Shown here: positions 29,566 to 39,200 of the stretch, one piece after another
Position numbering within the stretch: position 1 is the first letter of the stretch
How the letters are laid out: each line of letters starts with the position of its first letter
Assembly (NCBI GenBank): GCA_976226885.1
Contig: OZ320316.1
Coordinates: forward strand, 102,796,001-102,860,000
Reading direction: 5' to 3'
Source: Iphione sp. A-MEVVRFRX5
Lineage: Eukaryota
Length of the DNA: 64,000 bases
Made by a program: the position numbers and the translations under genes
Notes under the pieces: model-generated
Seen by the model: only the letters and a program-made list of their open reading frames with translations
Told to the model about the DNA's origin: nothing
Database searches by the model: none

Positions 29566-31199
29566 GTCGTTTATCAAGTACAAAAGGCACGGGCGGCGTT
29601 TTTCAAGCGCCGAAAACCACCGGCCGGTCCATACAGACTCTCCACCCCCTCCCCCCCACCCCACCCCCACCTCAACCCCTGCCATAGACTTCAAAGGGGC
29701 CCGCCGATGGTAACCACTGGAATCCTCGCCCCCTGAGTGACACGTGCCTCACGTATCCTCTGTTCTAAGTCCCCTGCCTCCTCCCCACGCAACCTTGGAT
29801 CTCTTGTGCGTTACCCTCGCAAGTCCTAGATGTGGATGTAGGTATTGATTGTGCAAACCTGTGTGTCGTGACTTTGTCTTCTACTCCATAACACCAGTCA
29901 ATTCTCAGCGACCTGATGTATATCCAGTCCCACCTGTGGTCTCCTATGCGGGAGTTCCAGTTGCAAACTATACTGTGCGATATTTACCATAATTTCATTC
30001 GCTCAAAAGATCGTGGATTACACTTGGCGTTGGTGGTACAAGGAGAAATGTCCGTGCACTCATTTGGACTCATTTGTTCCAGTCATAATGAGTCATGCCC
30101 ATTCACTGATCCATGCCGGAAATGTGTCCCTAAGTGTAAAACTTGTCTCACCTATCTTTCAAATGATTATACTTCATATAGAAGGTGTGGGAAGGTTGGT
30201 GTTACAGGGAGAAATGTTCACACACCTGTGGGTTACCACTTTGAGGTATTTGTACCGATTGTAATGAGTCATTCCTGTTCACTGATCCATGCAGGAAATG
30301 TGTCTCCTGAGTATAAATCTTGTCTCATCTATCTCTCAGAACATCATTCTTCATATACTGGTGGTGCAATAGTAAAAAACTGCACATCTGATCAGAGATG
30401 CGGAGCGCACATGTTCTTTTATCACATACAGTGGACTCTCACTTAAAGACCAGATCGTGGGGGAGACCAGATCACAGTGGAGACCACTATATTATAGTTC
30501 CAAACAGTAAATTTCATATACAGTAGCAACTCAGAATTAAGACCACTGATGGGATCAGACAAAACTGCCCTTAACTGCGAGTTGCCCTCCTACCCGAGTT
30601 GTTATATTGTAGGTAATGTACCCATGGGACCCAAAAAAATGCCCTTATTCCTGAGTTGCCCTCTTAGTTGAGACCAGATAGCAAGGGAGGCCATATTCCT
30701 TCAGTCCCAGAGGTGGTCTCCTAAGCGGGAGTTCACTGTACATGTATTCCGTTCGTAACTTGCATATTTACCTTACAGTCAGCTTCGATTTCATACTTGT
30801 CAGACTCTCCAAACGCAATGTGTAAATGAACACCAGATTACAACCAAACGGTGAGAATATTTTTATGATCCTTAATTGTAAGCATTGTAGTCAGTGATGA
30901 TGACGACGACTACGACTATGCCGATGATAATGCTGTCGTTGTATTCTAGATGAGCTATAGTCTCTCCTTACTTCTGTTATGTTCCTGCTCTATATACTTG
31001 AGGCCTCATCAAAAGTTTGACAAGTAACACGGGCCTGTCACAGGAGGACACGTTATTGCCCGTGTGAGATGGCATACAAAGCAATGAGCAAGCAATAAAG
31101 AGAAATGCAAGAAGCCATATAGATATGGCTTCTCCAGTTCTATCAGATGAACCGTAAGCAGACTTATAACGCCTTGTCAATTATTAGTAGAATTATTAC

Positions 31200-31620
31200 T
31201 TGATGTCACCTGTTAAAAGACTTATGACTCTTTGTCAGGTGCCAGGAGACATAACTCCCCGTCAACTGTTTGTAGGCTTATATGACTCAGTGTCAGCTGT
31301 GAGTATACATACCTCCCCCATCAACTCCTAGTAGACCTATATCTACCTTTCAGCCACAAGTAGACCAATTACTCCCTGTCAACTGTAAGTACATTTATAA
31401 CTGTCCACCATTAGTAGACTTATAACTCCCTGTCAACTGTAAAAAGACTTGTAATTCTGTCAACCATTAGTAGAATTATTACTCCCTGTCAACTGTAAAT
31501 GGACTCATAACTCTTTGACAGCTGGTATTAACTTATAACTTATTGTCAGCTGACAGTAGACATACCACCTTGTCAGCTAAATTGTTGACTTATAGACTTA
31601 TCAACTATTTGTAGACGTAT
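31200..31620. repeat. Diverged short tandem repeat (ACTCCCTGTCAACTGT core)
   Basis: Motif recurs at roughly 40-60-bp spacing. Confidence 0.65.
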
Positions 31621-34235
31621 TGCTAGCTCCCTGCTTGCCCTTCTCAAAGCACGATGATCCATCAGGGAAGTGGTGATAATTTGAGGAGGCTAGAGGGGGG
31701 AGACTACTTGTGTTTGATAACAATGTGACTTAAATGGCTTCATAGTGGCATGGATGCTACTGATACTATAGGCCAGTGGATGGGTTGGCCTTTTCAAAAC
31801 CTGACGCCAATAGTTTATTCTCCATTGCCTGCGGTCTCTAAATATTGCTGATTCTAGTAGATAAATGCCTAGTTTGCTCAGTATCAGAGGAGGAGGACAT
31901 TGCTTGCCACTCAGTGATATCAACGAGCGTATTAAAAGTCACAAACTTTGGAAAATGAGCAGCTCACCAATATTATCCTCATCTAACGCCTGGCCCAGCT
32001 GTACAGCACTGACTCTCTCAGTTGGGCTAGGTCTGCCATATTATTATACAATGTAATTGTGCGTTTCCGCAGATGGTGGTGGAACGGGAGTCCTGAAACA
32101 TGCTGGTGAACCGTTTCTAGTCGGGGCAGAACTAGAAGTGCACAAGGGTACACTGAGATCATTATCATATAATCATTAAATATTACTGTAAGCGTTCATT
32201 TTGTCTACTTAGAAAAATGCTAGACAAACACAATTCTGGTAAAACCATAGAGAGGAGAACATCTTTCTGTCCATGTGGAATGAATTATAATAAGTTGGGA
32301 GATCCTCTCTCCAAAGACGCCTCCTATGATACCACTTGTAATTAAGAACAAATATTTCGTCTTTGTATAAAGTTTCTGCTGCTGTGATAAAAATACAAGA
32401 AAGTTCGGAAGGTCGTGAGCGGCGAGTTCCTACCTGGGGATATTTACATGTACTACTTCCGCATCTTAAGAGGTTTCTCCATGTAGTCATATTGACTGCC
32501 CCCAAAACATCTGTTATGTCTGATAAGGATGATATCACAGTTGGTTGGTTTGCCTAAGTGTTGGTTGAGAAAATCAGTACATTTATGCATCCATGGAAGT
32601 CGGATCATCATCACGGACGTGCATCTGTATGCATTATGTTCAGACACCTGGGTAAGGACATAGTGTATGTCTTCGTCTGGTTTGTACTACACGTTGTGCT
32701 TACGTATCTGAATGTGTGAATACTTGTCCGTGGAAAAAACCGCCTGAGAGTTGATCCTTGGAAACCTGGGAGATATCACGCAGCAGTCAGGTAGTAATCT
32801 ACTCACTGAGCATCTCGTTAACGAGCATATGGGACTTCAACTGCAGTATGGGAGTACTGCCCCCCTATGGGTAGGTCTTGATGATGTGGAACAGTAAGTT
32901 CTAGGGTTATGAAATAGACAGAGAGGCGAGAGGAGTGGGTGTACTAGAAAAGTGGAGGAGATGGGGTTATGTCATAGAAAGAGGAGTGAGAAGAGTGGGT
33001 AAACTAGGGGAAATGGTGGAGGTGGAGAGGAGAATCGCACGTGGTATCCTTTCAACGGCCGTGGTGAAGATTTGTGTTACCAGGGCTGAGAAGAGGGGCA
33101 GAGATGGGGGCGTGGCGAGGTGGGAGGGGGCGGGAGGGGGCGTGGTTAAAGTGTCATTAGGTTAGGTGTGCCAGGTTAGGTAGGGCAATCATGTGGGCGT
33201 ACGGACGTGGTGTCCCGGATGGCACCTCCATCTCCAGACTCGTGTACAGAGTATCACTCTAAGCGCCGATAAGATTCGTTATCCGCAGCTCCTTATCTGT
33301 CCCGTTTAATTACCCTCACTGTTTCCCGACTCCTCCAATCTTCATCCATCTCCGCCGGCCGTTTGACACAGTAGGATGTCCGTGTTTCTGATTGCTACCG
33401 AAACTTCTCCTGGTTTTCCCCCCACCCGAACCCCACCTCCTACTTCATACGTAGACACACCTCCATCTACCTCGCAGACACCTCGTTCCATCATCGCTAC
33501 ACTCGCTACATCACTAACTTGCAACTTTTTGTCTGTGTGTGTGTGCTGGAACTCATGTCATCTGTAAATGTCAATAACTCATAGACCTTTTTGCAGAATC
33601 ACTTAAAGTTTGTGTAGACTTAAAGCTGACATATCGCTAAGTCGGTTTGGCAAATATGAGAAGATTGTGGCAGGGACAAGTGGAGATACGGGCGTTTATA
33701 TCAGCGGTGGTCCAAATTGGTTATCGTACGAATTTCTTTGCTCCCCTCCTCCATCTCCCCTTCCATGTCTTCCTCTCCATCTTAATGTTAAAAAGAACTG
33801 AAAGTTATATACCCATCAAAAAAACTGTTGTTGGGGGAAAAATCTTATTTGCCGTCAAGGAGGTCTAAAAATGCTTTGCTTTACTGGCAGGTGTCAAGTC
33901 GGTGTGGCATCTCTGTTTGAATGAGTGATGACGGTCGGTCAAAAACGTTGACAGCTGCGTAAAATGTCGGTCTTCAGTGAAACGGTTGACCCGTCATTTA
34001 TTGGTGATATTACTACAGAGAGGAATCCCAGACATCAGAAGTTCCTATTTCAGGCTGATGGAAAAGAGTACACGGTGTTTGCTATCGCTCTCATTCAATA
34101 TCTTCTCACTGCAGTCTACAGCGCCCTCTTCCTTTAAAAACATGCACCAAGCTCTGTGTAGTAGGGCCGCTTCCGACCTTTGTTGTTATCATTTCGATTT
34201 TTGTTTTAAATGTCCTCAGTGAACATAAAAGAATA

Positions 34236-34241
34236 CTTCTT
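34236..34241 (+). repeat. Left target-site duplication CTTCTT
   Basis: Identical hexamer immediately follows the right terminus (55320-55325); 6-bp TSDs are characteristic of Polinton integrases. Confidence 0.95.
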
Positions 34242-34306
34242 AGTAGTGTGAGGGGAGCAACCTTCAGCTCTCGTTTCGCAGGAAGTGACGTCACCACAGC
34301 AGAGAG
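34242..34306 (+). repeat. Left terminal inverted repeat (65 bp)
   Basis: Exact reverse complement of 55255-55319; similarity continues a few bases (AGAGGTCAA) past an AG-run length difference. Confidence 0.95.
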
Positions 34307-34844
34307 AGAGAGAGGTCAAGGGTCAAGGGTCAAGGGTCGTAGACAGGAAGTGGCGTCATACGTCAGTCACACTTCACACTTCAATAAATATGTCGGGCAA
34401 GTGGAGATAATGATGTAGGTGGAGATGAATAGATAAGAAGGGGGTTGTATCTAGAGTGGAATGTCATAGGCAGGGAATGAAGAGGTCAGATAAGAGTGAT
34501 GTACTCACAGTGTGGAGGATAGGATACTAGAGAGAGAGAGAGAAGTGGTGTTTATAATGAAGGAATACTTGAACGATATTGGTTTTTTTTTTTTGTCGTA
34601 CTGCTTCAGATAGTCAGGTCGTTGTGTAGCGATCCCACTTCACCTCGTTTAATGATTGGAACAGGAACAAATAATGGTGGTGAAAGAGCTACAGGTGTTT
34701 TTTGAACAAAGATGGATCAGACATCGTGGATGACTAATGAGTTAATAAGAACATAAGATAGTACGGCATGTATATATATAACCCTGTACGATGATTGAAT
34801 GGGTAGGATTCGATGTACAAAAACTGCAGCTATACGTACTTATA

Positions 34845-35090
34845 ATGGCTGAGAAGCAAATAGTGGAGGCAAGGAGGTGGTTACGGACTGAGAAGAGTCA
34901 GAAGGAAAGCCGTTGTCAGGACTATGAGGATGGTGAAAGCAGCAGCAAGGTTTCAGTGACAAGGAGGAGGATGAGGAAGAAGAAATTGGTGAAGAGACTG
35001 CGTAGGTGTATGAAAAAACTGAAGAAGATAAAAAAGTCGATCAGGAGGACGAAACAAATGGCAGAGAGGGCTAACTTGTCAAAAGAAGAG
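34845..35090 (+). CDS. Putative exon 1 of spliced pPolB gene (Arg/Lys-rich, MAEKQ...LSKEE)
   Basis: ATG at 34845, open frame to donor GAG|GTGAGT at 35091 (phase 0). Confidence 0.6.
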
Positions 35091-35189
35091 GTGAGTACGT
35101 GTACTGTAAGTTTAGCAAAGTCACACTTGTAGTAGTAAGAGAGCGAGTGAGTGGGTCAGGGAAGTATATATTTGGCATCTTAATTTCAG

Positions 35190-35402
35190 AGGAGTATACT
35201 TAGCGAGTTCATGATGGGATTCGAAGATGAAGCCGTAGGCAGCTGTATGGAGATGGACGAGCCTGAGGGGGTGCAGCAAGTTTGTGTTGAAGAAGAACCA
35301 GTTATTGATGATGGAGTTGTTGTGTTTGAAGAGGCGAGTTGTCCCAGTTACGACGACCTTTCTCAGTTGGATAAAGGAGATTGTTCGAACGTTTTGTCAG
35401 AG
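35190..35402 (+). CDS. Putative exon 2 of spliced pPolB gene (acidic)
   Basis: Acceptor TAATTTCAG| at 35189, in frame with ORF 35211, donor GAG|GTATGT at 35403; 213 nt, phase 0-0. Confidence 0.62.
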
Positions 35403-35625
35403 GTATGTATTGCTTGGTTACAGATCAGCTTGACTCAGAAAGTAAAGTTGAGGTTTTATTAATCAAGTGACACGTAGATAGTTGTAGGTTATGATTGAAA
35501 CTACACACATATATATAATTGATGATCCATGTTAGTAAGTAGCTAAATAGAGTTCATTCAGTATAATGACTTGATTTTCATAAGTGTAGTGCAACTGCGA
35601 GTAACCGCTATTAAATTCATTGTAG

Positions 35626-35826
35626 CAAACGGGTGACGGAGATCAGAACATCGTCAGTAGTTGCAGTCATAGTTCGTCAAAGGTGTCATCATGCAGTGAC
35701 GAGGTAGCTGCAGCAGTAGCATCAATAACACCGCAAAATGTTGTTCAAGGAACGGATGCAGCATCTGTTTTGACGTCAGCAACGGCAGCATCAGCTTGGC
35801 AGGGACAGCTCATATCTCCTGTTCAA
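35626..35826 (+). CDS. Putative exon 3 of spliced pPolB gene (Ser/Ala-rich)
   Basis: Acceptor TTCATTGTAG| at 35625, open and in frame with ORF 35683, donor CAA|GTAAAG at 35827; 201 nt, phase 0-0. Confidence 0.5.
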
Positions 35827-35934
35827 GTAAAGAAGTATTTTGTAGATGAAGTAGAAGTGCAATTGTGGCTACTCGTAAGGATGAAGACTGAAGTCTAACT
35901 GTGCAGTAATGAAAAACGTTTGCTATGTTCATAG

Positions 35935-36018
35935 ATGGCGCCAGAGGTTCTAACAGACATGCCTTCAACATCGGAGCTGTCAAATAGGATATATTCCTGC
36001 GTAGAGACTATTGCACCG
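35935..36018 (+). CDS. Putative exon 4 of spliced pPolB gene (MAPEVLTD...TIAP)
   Basis: Acceptor GTTCATAG| at 35934, 28 open codons, donor CCG|GTAGGT at 36019; phase 0-0. Confidence 0.5.
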
Positions 36019-36275
36019 GTAGGTAGGAACAATGAACAGCTAAACATGTTTGTTAATTGTGATGTACAGTTATAGGTTAAACATGATATAGAGCACGTTG
36101 GTTGGCGCAACATTGTTATTATTATTATTGTCTATTTACAGAGAGAGTAGTGCTCATATCGTAATTCAATAGGTTGATAAAATAAGTAGTGCTTATTAGC
36201 AGGCGTATCATTGTTAGTGCGTGACATGGTATCAGCAGGTTGCTTATAGATGGTATTATTGTTGTCGACTTACAG

Positions 36276-39200
36276 AGAATAGAGCATGAGTGCTCATATT
36301 GCAAGAGGAAATTTGTGTACAAAGCAAACGCAGTCAAGCACAGCGTGAAGTGTGTGGAAAAACAGAAACTGACTTGTGAAGTATGCAGGCGTCGGTTTCA
36401 GACACTGGAGCAGAAAGTAAATCATGTGTCAAGGTTCCATGGCAGAAAGAAGAAAGAAGACAAGGTTCGGTCGTATAAGTGCCGCACGTGCGACAGTTTG
36501 TTCAACTCACGAAGAGATTTGTACATTCATAATGGAGAGCAGCATGGTGGAGGTGATGAAGGTCTACAAAGTGTTCCTTGGCAGAGAGGTGAAGAGCCCT
36601 GGTTGGTGGATGTAGATGCTAACAATGCTGACGCGGGTCAGGTAATAGCACAGAATAAGAGAGAGGAGAGATCGATAGAGTTCAAGAGAGTGTACAATGC
36701 AAACAAGCGACATATCTTGGCACAGCATAGTGAAGGGAGCGTGGCAGCTACATACAACTTCCCTACAAATAACCTGGCCGATGGAGGAGTGGAACTCGCG
36801 AGACATATGGAGGAAGTGTACAACAATGAACAGAGGGCATTTAAAGTTAATGTAGGGTTTGGGGTGATTTTGAGACATGTAGAAACGGACAAGTACAGAT
36901 ACTTTGTGCCGTACAAAAACAGTACAGTTCTGTCAGAGCCTGCAATGGTGTCATCACGTAGAGATATGGATGATGTGATTGAGAGGTTGAAGGAGGTTGA
37001 TACAGACAACTACTTCACTGTTAACAGGCCAGACACGAAGTGGATTGCCGAAGGGGTAGTGAATGTGACATATTTTGTGTCGAGGCTATCGTATCCTTTA
37101 GGAAGTGGATTTTTGCCTCGTTTTCTGAAGTCAAGACCGTACATTGCACCTCTAGATCAGTTTGGTGATGGCAGACCTATAGCGGATGAGCTGTGCGCGT
37201 TCAGGTGCTTAGCCATGTTTGAAGGAAAGAGTACCACAATAGAGAATTGTGTTCTTCAGTACTACCAAAAATGGAGGCAGTTCATAGCCGGAAAGAAAGG
37301 TGTTGACATAGGGGATGATGCTACAAAGTATAGAGGTGTTTCGCTTGACGAATTGTCTGAGTTCGAAGAATGTTTTGAAGTCGGATTGTATGTGTTTGAA
37401 CTGACAAGAGAAAATTCAGTTGTTATGCACTATAGGCCATTTCACAGGTTCAACAGGACGATGTACGTAAATGTATACGAAGGTCACTTATCTTATGTGA
37501 GTGACTTTGCAAGGTATGCTCAAAAGTTTGAGTGTGTGCTGTGTAGGAGATGTTTTAAGACTCGTTTCAACATTGAGAGACACATGAAGTCGTGTCCACT
37601 AAGGACAAGATACGTGTATAAAGGAGGCTTCTACACAAGTCCGCAGACAGTGTTTGAAGAGTTGGATGCAGTAGGCATTGTAGTTCCCGAACAGGACAGG
37701 ACATACAATGATTTTGCAGTGTATGATTGTGAGTCCATGTTAAGGGGAATGCCAGAAGGAGAAAGCCCAAAGTTAAAGTGGGTTCACAGGCATGAGGTAA
37801 TATCTGTGGCAGTTTGCAGCAACGTACCAGGTTATGACAGGCCAGAGTGTTTTATTTCAGGAGACATGGAGGTGTTAGTAGGCAACATGGTGGATTATTT
37901 GGAGAAGATACAAGAGGAGGCAGCTAGGAGAGCAGAAATGAAATGGCATGACGTGTTTGAGCAGTTGGAGGTAATGAAGAAAAGGTTGAGCGAGAGACAG
38001 GCACATGTTACTCAAGCTGTTTCAACATCACCAACGATGCTGGCAAATGAGTGCGAGGCTGATGATAGCCAAGATGAAGGGGAAAGTGAGAATGGATGTG
38101 GAGACAAACAGATGACTACACTACTGACAAGGTTGGAAGAAAGGTTTACGACTTATGCGAATACGTTACCTGTGTTGGGATTTAATTCAGGTAAATATGA
38201 CTTCAATGTGATGAAGGCAGTTCTCCTCAGGCGGCTGAAAATGAGGTGCAGAGAATTATTTGTCATCAAGAGAGAGAACACGTACATAACAGTAGACAAT
38301 GGTACATTGAAATTCTTGGACATCTCACAATATCTCACACCAGGAGTGTCGTATGTGAAGTTCTTGAAGGCCTATGGGGTAGAGGAACAGAAGGGAGTGT
38401 TTTGCTATGAGTACTTGGACAGTCCCGAGAAATTAGCCGTCACTGGCATTCCACCACACGAGGCGTTCTACTCATCAGTGAAGAACAAAAACATTTCAGA
38501 AGAAGAGTATGAAGGCGTGAGAAGGACATGGATTAGTGAAGGGATGCAGACATTGCAAGATTTGCTTGAGTATTACAACAAGTTGGACGTTGGTCCATTT
38601 GTAGAAGCGGTAATACGTTTACAGAAGTTTTATTTTGAACGCGGCATGGACGTGTTCAAGGTTGCAATGTCTGCTCCTGGGGTGGCAAGGCGGTTGCTGT
38701 TCCAGTCTGCGCGGAAGGAAGGGGCGTCATTTCCGACGTTCAGTCACAGAGATGAGGATCTATATCAGGCGTTCAAGAAGAATATAGTCGGAGGTCCTGC
38801 GATTGTTTTTACATGTGCTCATGAGAAGGACGTTACGAATATTCGCGACTCGTTCAACAAGTGTAAAACGATATTGGGTCTGGATGCAAACTCGTTGTAT
38901 CTGGGATGCATTGGCATGGAGCATGCGACGACCACCTATGTGAGGAGACGAGCAAAGACAGGATTTGCCCCAGAGAAGATGTCAGCATCAGTTATGTGCA
39001 TTGTGTGGCTGGAATGGGAAGCCAAGGAGAGGAGGATGATGATTCACCATGCCCAAAACAGGTACGAGGGTGAAGTGAGGATAGGACCGTTCAAAGTTGA
39101 TGGTATTGCTTTTGATACTAACACAGTGTTCGAGTACAATGGCTGCTACTATCATGGGCATACGTGTATGAACGGGAAAATGAAAGAAGTGGAACGCAAG

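Noticed and set aside
29916-30446. 176-aa Cys/His-rich ORF
   Set aside because: Spans a ~175-bp diverged direct duplication flanked by MITE-like ends; no recognisable domain.
36240-36275. TTG start given for the polymerase ORF (and GTG/TTG starts at 48752, 50027, 54135, 44621, 45975, 41789, 42346)
   Set aside because: Eukaryotic context; better explained by splice acceptors or by downstream ATGs.
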